DNA of 64,000 bases from Candidatus Spongiisociaceae bacterium (lineage in GTDB: Bacteria > Actinomycetota > Acidimicrobiia > Spongiisociales > Spongiisociaceae): assembly GCA_965202665.1 (NCBI GenBank), contig OZ241841.1:1088001-1152000 (forward strand), given 5' to 3'. Of the stretch, positions 19,542 to 29,227 are shown one piece after another. The notes beneath the pieces were generated by a model, which made no database searches, was not told where the DNA came from, and was given only the letters and a program-made list of their open reading frames with translations. The position numbers and the translations under genes are program-made. Position 1 is the stretch's first letter; the number at the start of each line of letters is the position of its first letter.

Positions 19542-21701
19542 TTAGTTTTCTTCGGGTGGGGGGGCGCCTATGGTGAAGGTGCTGTCGGCGAGTGAGCGAT
19601 CGGTTATTACGGCGGTCAGCGTCCGGTAGCCGGAGGTGTTTAGCAACTGTTGGAAGCGGGCCATGCTGACCGACTCTCCGTCCGCGGTGAACCGGTCGCC
19701 GGACCCGTAGGTTATCAACCACAGGACGCCGCCGGAACGGGCTACCACCGACTGCCGTCCCCGGTCGTGGTACAGCACCTGGGCGGCGTTGTATTCCCGC
19801 GGGTCCCCGTTGTCTTCGGCGAACGCCCGCAACACCCAAAAATGCTCTATCGGTTCAGCGAGGATGTCCAAAATGGCCCGGGCTGGGTCCACCACGTACT
19901 GGGCGCTGATCCGCTCCACGCCGGTGGCGGCCGAATCACGGGTGTAGCGGAGGGTGGCCACCCCTTCCCGATTGGTGGTGCGACGGTGATAGGGCACCGA
20001 CTCGTCCCGCGCCCCTCCCACGCCTTGCGGATCGTCCGACCAGAATTCGATGCGCTTGCCGTATATCGGAGCCCCGTACTGGTCGCGCAATTCGGCGGTG
20101 ACCAGGTTCTCTTCCCCCCGGTCCAATTCGGAGGCGGACTGGTAGACGTTTTCCTGGGACAGAATCAGCTGGGAGGGCGCCGCTTCCTCGTCCGCCCATA
20201 AAATATGTTCGGCCAACCCCAGGGTGGTGTCGTCCCTGATTCCAAAACCGGCGGGAGGGGTGATCACCAGCCGTATCTGCGACTGGTCGCCCCGTCGGTC
20301 GGTACCGGGGTTGGGGTCCGCTTGGCTGAAAACGGCGGTCGCCTCCCCGGAATGGTTGGTCCGGTATTGGCGGTCCCGGCCCAACTCCGACTGGCCGACG
20401 GCGGTGGCCACCCTTATCAACCGTCCGGCTTCCGCCACCGGATCCCCATCCAAATCCACCAGTTGGAAAGTGAAAGTAACCTGGCGCCCGAACATCACTT
20501 TCTTCGCCCGGGGAAGAAGGTCGTCGCTCACTTTCACATCCACCGCCTGTTGGGCGACTTCGAACGACAGGCGGCCAGCGGGGGTGTTTTCCCGGTCGAA
20601 CCGCTCCCCCAACTGGCCGGTCCACGCATAAAGTTCGGCGGTGCGCGTCACATCCACCATCCCGGTGATGTTGCCCAGCCGGTCGGTGATGGGGTCGCTG
20701 GAATCGATACGGCATTTGCCGGACCCCTCAAAAACGGCCGTCACATTGTTGAGGGAACATTCGCCCCGCTGGTTGAACGGATCGTCCCGACGGGAGGCCA
20801 AAAACCCATCCACCGACGCCCGGGCCTGCGGCGCATGGTCGGCGTTGCGAACCGAAACCGTCGCCTCCACCCTTTCCGCCCCTTCCACGGACAGGGCGGA
20901 AGCCTGGACGGTCACCCCGGCCGGGCGGGCGTTGGCATGGGCCAAAGTGCGGGTTATAAATAGGGCCATCTGCGCCCTGGTCACCGGACGTTCCGGCGAA
21001 AAGGCGGTGGGGGTGGTACCGCTGGTTATGCCCAGTTCGGCCAGGTTGCGTATCGCCCGAAAGGCGGCCAGCGGCACCTCTCCGATGTCGGTGAAATGCG
21101 TGTCATCGGGATCGACCTGTTTGATGTCGGTCCCGCCCGGCCCCACTTCGGCTCGACGGAGAAACCGATCCAGGATTACCGCCATTTCCCGGCGGGTGAC
21201 CGGCCCGTTGGGGTTGAACTCCCCGCCGGCCCCGGTCATAACGCCCAACTCCCCCATCTGTCGGACCGCGGTCCGGGCTTCCTCCGACAGGCCGCTCAGG
21301 TCGGTGAAAGGGCTTTCCCCGGCCACTTCGGGGAGGGTTATCCCGGCGGGGGCGGCGGCCCGGGCCAGAAACAGGGCCATCTGCCAGCGGAGCACCGTCT
21401 CGGCCGGGGAAAACCGGTCGGCGGTGCGGCCTCTGGTTATTCCGTAATGAACCAGGCAGTTGACGGCGGCTTCGGCGATGCTTCCCCGCATGTCCGCGAA
21501 CCCGGCAGAGTCGGCGGCCGGACCGACGCAGGCCGAATAACGGGCCGGGTTGTCGGGCCGCCCGTTCACCGCCCCCCCCGGAGCCGCCGGGCCGAGCACG
21601 GAGGCCAGCAAGGCGAGAACCACAGCCGCCAACGCGACTTTCCCCATTGCCGCGCCCACACGGAAACCGAATGTCCCTGTCATGTTCGCCATTGTAGGCA
21701 C
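19542..21701 (-). CDS. Secreted SLH-domain surface protein, core only (paralog 3)
   Basis: 'YSACVG..AGF.D', 'GITRG', 'ETVLRWQMALFL', 'PDDTHFTDI', 'VTRAQMALFI', 'DQYG.PI.G..I.F.SDD'. The start is uncertain (several Met codons). Confidence 0.85.
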   Translation of the reverse strand: MPTMANMTGTFGFRVGAAMGKVALAAVVLALLASVLGPAAPGGAVNGRPDNPARYSACVGPAADSAGFADMRGSIAEAAVNCLVHYGITRGRTADRFSPAETVLRWQMALFLARAAAPAGITLPEVAGESPFTDLSGLSEEARTAVRQMGELGVMTGAGGEFNPNGPVTRREMAVILDRFLRRAEVGPGGTDIKQVDPDDTHFTDIGEVPLAAFRAIRNLAELGITSGTTPTAFSPERPVTRAQMALFITRTLAHANARPAGVTVQASALSVEGAERVEATVSVRNADHAPQARASVDGFLASRRDDPFNQRGECSLNNVTAVFEGSGKCRIDSSDPITDRLGNITGMVDVTRTAELYAWTGQLGERFDRENTPAGRLSFEVAQQAVDVKVSDDLLPRAKKVMFGRQVTFTFQLVDLDGDPVAEAGRLIRVATAVGQSELGRDRQYRTNHSGEATAVFSQADPNPGTDRRGDQSQIRLVITPPAGFGIRDDTTLGLAEHILWADEEAAPSQLILSQENVYQSASELDRGEENLVTAELRDQYGAPIYGKRIEFWSDDPQGVGGARDESVPYHRRTTNREGVATLRYTRDSAATGVERISAQYVVDPARAILDILAEPIEHFWVLRAFAEDNGDPREYNAAQVLYHDRGRQSVVARSGGVLWLITYGSGDRFTADGESVSMARFQQLLNTSGYRTLTAVITDRSLADSTFTIGAPPPEEN

Positions 21702-21739
21702 CGCACCGCCCTAAACCGCGGAACCTCCTTCCCCAACAG

Positions 21740-21769
21740 AAGAACCCCCGCCGGTGGGCGGGGGTTCTT
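21740..21769 (-). terminator. Rho-independent terminator of SLH paralog 4
   Basis: Perfect 13-bp stem AAGAACCCCCGCC / GGCGGGGGTTCTT with a 4-nt loop, 20 nt after the stop. On the minus strand it ends TTCTTCTGTT. Confidence 0.85.
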
Positions 21770-21789
21770 GCTGCTAAAGCGAGTTGAAC

Positions 21790-24198
21790 TCAGGTAGTGG
21801 AAGTGGTCGCAGGAGCCTCGGAGATGGTAAAGGACGACACGTCGCTAGCGGTGTCCGAGTAGTTGACCAGCTCAATCCTGGTGTACTTCGGATCGCCACC
21901 TTCTTTTTTGGCGTCCAGTTCCTTCTCGAAGTCTTCCATCGTCACCGGCTGGCTACCGACCGTGAAGTGGTCGTTGTCATCGTAGACCGCAACGGAAGAA
22001 GTGTCATCCGTCTCCGTGCACGCCATGACGGGCGGGTTAGCGTCAGCGTCGGCCTCTGTGCTATCAAGACAGTCGCCCTTTTGGGACGTGAACACGATGG
22101 TGTTTTCCTCCGTGCTCCGGATGACAATCTCGTCAACCGCGGTCGTGGAGGTGGCATCGTCGGCCTTGGCCGGCCAGTAATGCACGAGGGCTCCGTCAGC
22201 GTCCGCGCCGTCGATCTGAAGCGTAAAGTCTTCGTCATCTCCGGGGCAATCAGTGGCCGAACCGAGGCACGTGCCTTTCTGGACCACGACACTGGTAGTA
22301 GCCCAGATGGTTTCTATGCCGCCGGTGTCGCTGTCCCGTTGGTAGGAGACCCGCCGAGCTCCGCTCCGAGCACCGGTATTGCCTGACTTATTCCTCACAT
22401 TATCGATACCCATGATGCCTTCATCATCGTTCGAGTTGAAGGTAACCAAAACACCGCCCACCGGCTCGCCGTACTCGTTGGTAACGGTGGCGGTAACCGA
22501 ACTTTGGGCGCCGGGACCCTCTGCCGAAGCTACCGTGTACTCGGTCCTCTGGCTCAGCTTTAAGGTGTGATTCTCGGGATTGGCGTCGTCATCCGACCAG
22601 GTCAAGCCCATCCGGACCACAGTATCGGAGGTGCTCTCAGCATTTTTACGGACCACGCCGTCGTTACTGCCTTCAGTCTCCGCATCACCCGGGTTCTCGC
22701 CTTCGCCGTCCTTCAGTTTGATATCGTCGGTGTCGTCGGGGTCGGTGATGATCAGAACCACCGTAGCATCCGTGTCGCCATTGTTGCCAGCGGTGGGATC
22801 GTTCTGGGTGAACGACAGCTCGATCTTGCCCGAAGCGTCGGTCTTCTGGGTGCTGGAAGACGCATTGCTGCTCCCAGTCTCACCTTGCTTGGCGGCACTG
22901 GTAACCGTCTGCGAGATGCCGAGCGACACATCTTCTTTGGCGACCGGGTTGTTGTCTTCATCAGCCACCTGGATAGTCACTTTGACCGTCCGACCAAACT
23001 TCATCTTGGTCTGATCATCGTTCAGATCGTGGCTGACCAGCAACCTGGTAGCGCCCTTTTGGAAAGCGAGTTCCAGCATGGCGCTGGTGGTCTCGTCGTT
23101 GTCGTACTTGTCGCCTTCGTCGCCGGTCCAAGCCCAAATGGTGGTGTCCGCCGTGACCGTCAAAGTGATGGATGTGATGTCGCCGGCGCTGTCGGTCCGC
23201 TCGTCGTTGCCGTCAACTTCGCACTTGCGACTGCCCTCCCGCTGGGTGGTACCGGTGTCGCAGGTCCCGTCTTCCATGAAAGCTGTGTCGGGATCGGTGG
23301 AAGTGAACACATCCACCGGCACATCCGTCATCGCCTGGAAGTCGTCGTTGCGCATGGAAATGACCAAGTTGATGTCTTCGCCGTCCGTGCCGTCCGAACC
23401 GGAACCGGTGGCCGTGTCTTTAAGCGACTGAATGGACAAGCCGGCCGGCCGGGCCACGGTGTGGGCCAAAGTACGGGAGATGAACAACGCCATCTGCTCC
23501 CTGGTCACCGACTGAGTGGGCCGGTAAAGGGTTTCCGTCACGCCTTTGGTGATGCCCAACTCGTAAACGCGGCGGATGGAGATGTACTGGTTGCGGGCCA
23601 CGGTGGCAATGTCGGTGAAAACATTGTCGTCCGGGTTCAACTTGGTCACGTCGGCCCCGCCCTGCCCCGGCGTGGCTTTCTTCAGAAACTCGTCCAACAT
23701 GGTCGCCATGGACCCGCGGCTAACCGAAGTGTTGGGCGCGAAGGTGGTGGCCGAAGTTCCGGGCATAATCCCCAATTCGGCCAGATTGTTGGCCGCCGCC
23801 TGAGCGGCCTCGCTCAACGCGCCGATGTCGGTGAAACCCTGGTCGGTCGGCGAAGCGGGCAACACCACCCCCGCCGGGCCGGCCGCCCGGGACAGGAACA
23901 AAGCCATCTGCCAACGGGTAATGGTCTCCACGGGGGAGAACATCGTTTCTGTGCGACCCTGCGCGATGTTGTAATGCGCCAAGCAGTTGATGGCGTCTTC
24001 ACCGCTGATCCCCTCGATGTCCTCGAACCCGGCGTCGGCGGACGCGGCGCCCACGCAAGCCGAGTACTCGGCCGGGTTGTCAACATCAGGGTTGTCCGCG
24101 TCAGCGGTTGCTTGGCGGGGGTTGACGGCCAGCAACGCCGCAATCAAACCCAACACCGCTAGCACCGCTAGACTTTTTCTTCCAAGCAAGCCAGTCAT
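21790..24198 (-). CDS. Secreted SLH-domain surface protein, very acidic and Thr-rich; candidate major S-layer protein (paralog 4)
   Basis: Signal peptide, the same SLH core, AAGGAG RBS, and its own sigma70-like promoter and terminator. Confidence 0.85.
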   Translation of the reverse strand: MTGLLGRKSLAVLAVLGLIAALLAVNPRQATADADNPDVDNPAEYSACVGAASADAGFEDIEGISGEDAINCLAHYNIAQGRTETMFSPVETITRWQMALFLSRAAGPAGVVLPASPTDQGFTDIGALSEAAQAAANNLAELGIMPGTSATTFAPNTSVSRGSMATMLDEFLKKATPGQGGADVTKLNPDDNVFTDIATVARNQYISIRRVYELGITKGVTETLYRPTQSVTREQMALFISRTLAHTVARPAGLSIQSLKDTATGSGSDGTDGEDINLVISMRNDDFQAMTDVPVDVFTSTDPDTAFMEDGTCDTGTTQREGSRKCEVDGNDERTDSAGDITSITLTVTADTTIWAWTGDEGDKYDNDETTSAMLELAFQKGATRLLVSHDLNDDQTKMKFGRTVKVTIQVADEDNNPVAKEDVSLGISQTVTSAAKQGETGSSNASSSTQKTDASGKIELSFTQNDPTAGNNGDTDATVVLIITDPDDTDDIKLKDGEGENPGDAETEGSNDGVVRKNAESTSDTVVRMGLTWSDDDANPENHTLKLSQRTEYTVASAEGPGAQSSVTATVTNEYGEPVGGVLVTFNSNDDEGIMGIDNVRNKSGNTGARSGARRVSYQRDSDTGGIETIWATTSVVVQKGTCLGSATDCPGDDEDFTLQIDGADADGALVHYWPAKADDATSTTAVDEIVIRSTEENTIVFTSQKGDCLDSTEADADANPPVMACTETDDTSSVAVYDDNDHFTVGSQPVTMEDFEKELDAKKEGGDPKYTRIELVNYSDTASDVSSFTISEAPATTSTT

Positions 24199-24263
24199 TT
24201 TTCACTCCTTAGCTTTTGTGTCTAGATAGGTCCTAATAGGCCCAACAGCCTTTATACGGGATA

Positions 24264-24291
24264 AGCATACCCTCCGCAACAGGTAAGTCAA
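24264..24291 (-). promoter_or_regulatory. Sigma70-type promoter for SLH paralog 4
   Basis: Minus strand TTGACT-16 nt-TATGCT, about 65 nt upstream of the ATG. Confidence 0.6.
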
Positions 24292-24380
24292 GCCTTTTGA
24301 AAATCTTAGCATCCCCTTTCCGCCGCCCACCGACGAAACGGGTATATCTTTTGCCAGTGGACAAACCGGGAGGCGGAACA

Positions 24381-25544
24381 ATGGCGGCCCCGTCAAACAA
24401 CCAAAACGCAACCGGCCCCGGCCCCGCAGAGCGGACGGCGGGACCGCTCGCCGACCTGGTAGTGGCGGACCTGACCCGGGTGCTGGCCGGACCCTACGCC
24501 ACCCGGGTGCTGGCCGATCTGGGAGCGCGGGTGGTCAAAGTGGAACACCCGCCGGACGGGGACGACGCCCGGCGTTACGGGCCTTTCATCGGCGGACGCA
24601 GCGGCTACTACCAGTCTTTGAACCACGGCAAACAAACGATGATGGCCGACCTGAAAGACCGCCGGGGAAGGGCGGTGTTTGAGGAACTGCTGGACGGGGC
24701 GGACGTGCTGGTGGAAAACTTTCGGCCGGGAGTGATGGAACGGCTCGGCTACGGCTGGGAAACCGTCCGGGAGCGATGGCCCCGGTTGGTGTACGCGGCG
24801 GTGAGCGGGTTCGGGCACGCCGGGCCCTATGCGCAACGGCCCGCCTACGACCTGGTGGCGCAGGCGATGGGGGGGCTGATGGGCCTGACCGGACACCCCG
24901 GCGCTCCGCCCGTCCGAGTGGGGACTTCCATCGGGGATGTCGCCGCCGGGTTGTTTACGGTGATCGGAATCCTGGCCGCGCTGGAAGACCGCCGGCGCAC
25001 CGGACAGGGGCAGAAAGTGGACATCGCCATGTTGGACTGCCAGGTGTCCATCCTGGAAAACGCGGTGGTGCGCCAGTCGGCCGTCGAACTGTCCGGGGGG
25101 CTGGACGAACCGCCCGGACCGCTCGGCTCGCGCCATCCGTCCATAACCCCTTTCGCCGCTTTCCGGGCCGCCGACCGGTGGCTGGTCATCGCGGCGGGCA
25201 ACGACCAACTGTTCCGGCGGCTGTGCGAAACCCTGGGAAGGCCGGATCTGGCCGACGACCCCCGCTTCGCCGACAACCAAAGCCGCACCGCCCGCGCCCC
25301 GGAGCTGGAAAAAGAAATCGAAGCCGCCCTGTCCGCCGACCGGGCCGCCGCCTGGCTGGCCAAACTGGAAGCGGCCGGGGTGCCCTGCTCCCCCATCAAC
25401 AACATGGCGGAAGTGATGGCCAACCCCAGCATCCGGGCCCGCAACATGATCGTCCCCCTCCCCCTCCCCGACGGAACCATCCTGGAAACAGCCGGAAACC
25501 CGGTAAAACTATCCGCCCACCCCGACCCCCCGCCCCCCGCCTAA
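24381..25544 (+). CDS. CaiB/BaiF family (class III) CoA-transferase
   Basis: 'GPL..L.V.DLTRVLAGPYAT..LADLGA.VVKVE', 'ENFRPGVMERLG', 'RPAYD'. GGAGG RBS before ATG 24381. Confidence 0.92.
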   Translation: MAAPSNNQNATGPGPAERTAGPLADLVVADLTRVLAGPYATRVLADLGARVVKVEHPPDGDDARRYGPFIGGRSGYYQSLNHGKQTMMADLKDRRGRAVFEELLDGADVLVENFRPGVMERLGYGWETVRERWPRLVYAAVSGFGHAGPYAQRPAYDLVAQAMGGLMGLTGHPGAPPVRVGTSIGDVAAGLFTVIGILAALEDRRRTGQGQKVDIAMLDCQVSILENAVVRQSAVELSGGLDEPPGPLGSRHPSITPFAAFRAADRWLVIAAGNDQLFRRLCETLGRPDLADDPRFADNQSRTARAPELEKEIEAALSADRAAAWLAKLEAAGVPCSPINNMAEVMANPSIRARNMIVPLPLPDGTILETAGNPVKLSAHPDPPPPA

Positions 25545-25545
25545 A

Positions 25546-26151
25546 CTAAACCGCCCCTCCCCCTTCCTCCTTCTCCGCCGGAAAAGCATCACCTTCTCCG
25601 GGAGTATTCGCTGTCGGGCGAACAAATCCCTCTCCAGACATATCGCCAGGCTGGCCGGACAATGCCTCATCGCTTTTAACCGGCGATATCTCAGAACCCG
25701 TGTAGTCGACCGGGCTTCCTGTGGGATCACCAGGATCTTGCTGATCCCGTATCTCCTGCGCCAGGCTAGAGCCGGTCTGCAGGGCGCGAAATACAAGCCA
25801 AACCACTGCAACAACGTTCGCCGCCATCAGAAAAAACACAATTAGGAATGACCAGCCAAAGGAAAGCGGACTTTGCCCCAGTACTTCCAGCCATAAAATC
25901 TCCGCCGGCGGGGCGCCGACGATAATCGCCAAAGGAACGAGAATCGCCACCGCGGCGGCAAAGGCCAGATACATTCTGAACCGCCGCCGTAGCCGATAAC
26001 CCTTCCATCCCCCGCGAGGGGCGGTCTCCTCCAGCCAGTCACGTACCTTGGCGTTGAAGGCGGCTAAGCCGATCACGCCCACAGTGGCGGCCACCCCGGC
26101 GGCGGCAAGCATGGCCATGGCGGCCGTAGTCGCATAGTCAGCACTGAGCAT
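25546..26151 (-). CDS. Hypothetical membrane protein (about 3 TM segments, acidic tail)
   Basis: Three hydrophobic stretches. No family recognised. TTG start is uncertain. Confidence 0.55.
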   Translation of the reverse strand: MLSADYATTAAMAMLAAAGVAATVGVIGLAAFNAKVRDWLEETAPRGGWKGYRLRRRFRMYLAFAAAVAILVPLAIIVGAPPAEILWLEVLGQSPLSFGWSFLIVFFLMAANVVAVVWLVFRALQTGSSLAQEIRDQQDPGDPTGSPVDYTGSEISPVKSDEALSGQPGDMSGEGFVRPTANTPGEGDAFPAEKEEGGGAV

Positions 26152-26180
26152 TGTTTAGTATCAACGAAGGGTCTGGATGT

Positions 26181-26585
26181 CTACCCAATGGGGGCGGGTT
26201 GCTCCACCTGGCGTATCAGCCACTCGGCTTGTATCTCCGGGCATTCACCGTTGCCGGTATCCAAAATTCTCGCCCTGCGTACCTCTTCAAAGGGGTAACG
26301 GCTGACGATGCGCACGCTGTTCGGAGAGGTGAAATCCACCGTCCAAATCACATTCTGGTTTTTGGTACGCGGCAGCAACGTATCCGGCATGTTGCCCTCC
26401 ATAACGTACTGTGCGACTTGGAGAATATCCGATGCGGCAACCGTAAGCGGATTCGACAGGCGGAACATCTCGTCGGGCTTCAACCGCCCGTTGCCCCGCA
26501 ACACCAAACCGCCGCCCTCCCTCTCCTCCCACCTGGTAACCCAAGCCGTAACCGGCTCCAGCGTGAACAAAAACTTCTCACCCAC
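26181..26585 (-). CDS. Hypothetical protein
   Basis: GTG start with AGGAAGGAG upstream. Protein-like composition. No family recognised. Confidence 0.55.
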   Translation of the reverse strand: MGEKFLFTLEPVTAWVTRWEEREGGGLVLRGNGRLKPDEMFRLSNPLTVAASDILQVAQYVMEGNMPDTLLPRTKNQNVIWTVDFTSPNSVRIVSRYPFEEVRRARILDTGNGECPEIQAEWLIRQVEQPAPIG

Positions 26586-26809
26586 ATCCGCTCCTTCCTA
26601 CCTGGCCCAGCCCGGTCCTCCACCCGCCCGGGTTATGGCGTTTCGATGATGCCGTCTTTGTCGTCTCCTCGCTCCCATCTAAGTTACCGAGGAAGCAGGG
26701 CGCTATGCATTTTATAACGGACTAATTTTTATGTGTCCGCAACCAACCGACGAGGCGCACGCCGTTCGGAGAAACGCCGGTTTTCCGTCGACCGCCATTC
26801 TTGGGCCGG

Positions 26810-27298
26810 TCAGCGGGAGGCCAGTTCGTTGTCGATCAGGGCCAGGCCCACTTCGCTGTCAGCCACCCGGCGCAGCCGTTCGTGGATGGCCCCCACCGAC
26901 GACTCTTCTTCTATCTGCTCGGTGAGGAACCCTTGCAGGAAAGGCAGACTGTCCACATCCCCGCTCTGCTGGGCCAACTCGTACAAGCGGCGGATCTGGT
27001 CGCTTACCGCCCTTTCCTGGGCCAGGGAAGCGGCGAAAACCTCCACCGGGTCGGCGAAGTCGCTTCGGGGAGCGGGGAGGGAACCTATGGCCACCCGCCC
27101 GTCCCGGGACAGGACGAAATCCATGAACATCCGGGCGTGCTCCGCCTCCTCGCCGGACTGCGCCCTCATCCAGTGCGCCATCCCCGGCCGGTTGTCGGCT
27201 TCCAAACCGGCCGCCATCTGCAGGTAGGACAGTGACGCGGCCAACTCGCTGGTGATCTGATCGTTGAGGGCCTCCGCCAAGCGGTCGGGCAAAGCCAT
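26810..27298 (-). CDS. Non-heme ferritin
   Basis: 'LNDQITSEL.AS..YLQM', 'EEAEHA', 'FL..FL.EQIEEE' ferroxidase residues. GGAG RBS. Confidence 0.9.
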   Translation of the reverse strand: MALPDRLAEALNDQITSELAASLSYLQMAAGLEADNRPGMAHWMRAQSGEEAEHARMFMDFVLSRDGRVAIGSLPAPRSDFADPVEVFAASLAQERAVSDQIRRLYELAQQSGDVDSLPFLQGFLTEQIEEESSVGAIHERLRRVADSEVGLALIDNELASR

Positions 27299-27355
27299 GG
27301 TTTATCTCCCCTCGGTCGCTGGTTGACTGCCCCCATTCTACCCTTTCCCGGCCGG

Positions 27356-28207
27356 TCAGTCGGGAGCGACGGACCAGCGACCGGGGCCGGGGCCCAGCGA
27401 GCGGTGGAAAGCCAAAGCGGATTCGGCCCCGGAACCCGGCCCGGCGTGGGGCTGGCCGGGCAGACGGTAAACATAGGAGCCGGAGCCCAGGCGGCGGGTT
27501 TCCGCCCGCGACGGGTCAAAAGGGGGCGCAGAGTCGGGGAAGGGGATTTCGGAGAGAATCAACGAACCGTCCAACACGAACATTTCTTCGGGGGATTCGC
27601 AGATGCGCCACAAGCCGCCGCCGTTGCCCCATCCTTTCCACCCGGACAGCCACACCCGCCCGCAAAGCCCCTCCGCCAAAGGCATGACGAACCAGCCGGG
27701 CATATCCGGGTCTTCCTCCCAGCGGAAGGTTCCGGCCCGGCCTAAAAGCGGAGCGGACAGCCCGCCCCCCGCCGAGAGGTCGAAGCGGACCGGGGCGGCG
27801 GTCATCACCAAAGCCAGCGAATCAGCGGAGGCCCGCAACCCGGAAATCACCTGGCCGGCCCGCACCGCCGCATAATCGTTCTCCCCCACCTCCGCACCCC
27901 CCAGCGCCAGCGCCCCTTTGACCACGAACAACTCCAAATCGGCGGTGAAGGCCCCCGCCGCGCCGGAGCCGAAACCGGACGGGATGCGGGCCAGGCGGGT
28001 GACCGGGCCGGAACGATCCCGGGACAGGATGCGGGCCTCCATCCGCCCTTCCAACCCGGTGATGCGCATCGTACGGATCGGCAACTCCCGCTCGTCCACC
28101 ACCGGCAGGGGAACCCGGCGGCGGTCATGCAAATCCGGGTCCAACGTTGGGGAAGGAGCGGGGGCGCCGCCGGAGGGCGGGGCGGATTCGGGGCGGCGGG
28201 CCGTCAC
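27356..28207 (-). CDS. DUF4437-like bicupin protein
   Basis: Two cupin-like halves: 'ADLELFVVKGAL' and 'EEMFVLDG...GSYVYR.PG.PH'. Lies 13 nt downstream of the YihU-like gene. Confidence 0.6.
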   Translation of the reverse strand: MTARRPESAPPSGGAPAPSPTLDPDLHDRRRVPLPVVDERELPIRTMRITGLEGRMEARILSRDRSGPVTRLARIPSGFGSGAAGAFTADLELFVVKGALALGGAEVGENDYAAVRAGQVISGLRASADSLALVMTAAPVRFDLSAGGGLSAPLLGRAGTFRWEEDPDMPGWFVMPLAEGLCGRVWLSGWKGWGNGGGLWRICESPEEMFVLDGSLILSEIPFPDSAPPFDPSRAETRRLGSGSYVYRLPGQPHAGPGSGAESALAFHRSLGPGPGRWSVAPD

Positions 28208-28220
28208 TGGAACAGATGCG

Positions 28221-29114
28221 TCAGGGAGCGGGGGGCAGTCCGTTTAGCTGGCGGACGGCGGAAAAAACGGCGGTCCAGTCCTGGCGGCCCCGGCCCTGCT
28301 CCCGGGCGGCTTGGTAGGTTTTCATCGCCTCCTCCCCCATCCCCAAGCCGACCGACAATTCCTCCCCCATCGCCAAAGCCAACCCCAGATCTTTGAAAGC
28401 CAGATCCACCATGAAACCGGGTTCCAAATCGCCCGCCAGGACCTGCGCCGGGTAGGTGGTGGAAAGATGCCCTTGTCCGGCGGCGGTGCTCAACAGCACC
28501 TCCAGCGCCGTTTCCCGCTCCAAACCGGCCCGTTCGGCGGCGGTCAAAGTTTCGGCCACCGCCACATTGGACACGATGGACAGGTAGTTGTTGATCATTT
28601 TGGCCCGCATCCCCATCCCGCGCCCGCCGCAGAGGATGATCTTGTCCCCCATGCATTCCAGCGCCGGACGGGCCTCCTCCACTTCCCCGGGGGAACCCCC
28701 GGCCATAATCAGCAACGTCCCCTGCGCGGCGTTTTGGGAGGTGCGTCCCACCGGGGCGTCCATCATCCGCCGTCCCGCCTCCTCCATCCGTTGCGCCATG
28801 CGGTCGAAGGCGGCGGGGGCGACGGTGCTCATGTCGATGACCAGGGCGGAGGGGGGGAGGGTTTGCACAACCCCGGCCGGGCCGAACAGAACCTGCTCCA
28901 CGTGTTCGGCCAAAGGGAGCATCGTGATCGCGAAATCGGCTTCTCTAGCGGCGTCGGCGGCTGAGGCGGCCGGACGGCAACCGTCGGCGGCGGCCTTGCG
29001 CACCGCCTCCGGGTCAATGTCGTGGGCGCGCACCCGATGCCCGCCCCGCGCCAAACAGGCCGCCATGGGGCGCCCCATCACCCCCAGCCCGATGAAACCG
29101 ATCTCCGCCATCAT
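28221..29114 (-). CDS. 3-sulfolactaldehyde reductase-like NAD-dependent dehydrogenase (YihU-type)
   Basis: 'IGFIGLGVMG', 'MMDAPVGRTS' (GRT in place of the usual SGG), 'KMINNYLSI', 'STAAGQGH', 'FMVDLAFKDLG', 'GRGRQDW', all as I recall them for E. coli YihU. GGGAGG RBS; start is 29114 or 29111. Confidence 0.8.
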   Translation of the reverse strand: MMAEIGFIGLGVMGRPMAACLARGGHRVRAHDIDPEAVRKAAADGCRPAASAADAAREADFAITMLPLAEHVEQVLFGPAGVVQTLPPSALVIDMSTVAPAAFDRMAQRMEEAGRRMMDAPVGRTSQNAAQGTLLIMAGGSPGEVEEARPALECMGDKIILCGGRGMGMRAKMINNYLSIVSNVAVAETLTAAERAGLERETALEVLLSTAAGQGHLSTTYPAQVLAGDLEPGFMVDLAFKDLGLALAMGEELSVGLGMGEEAMKTYQAAREQGRGRQDWTAVFSAVRQLNGLPPAP

Positions 29115-29227
29115 CCTCCCTTTTCGTTTCCCGCCCGCGATGGGAGCCGCCGCCGGGCGGTCAAACCCGTTTTGGCGGAGGCTGGAGCGGCCCAAATTAT
29201 ACCCGTCGCCGCCTAACCTGGGAGGAC

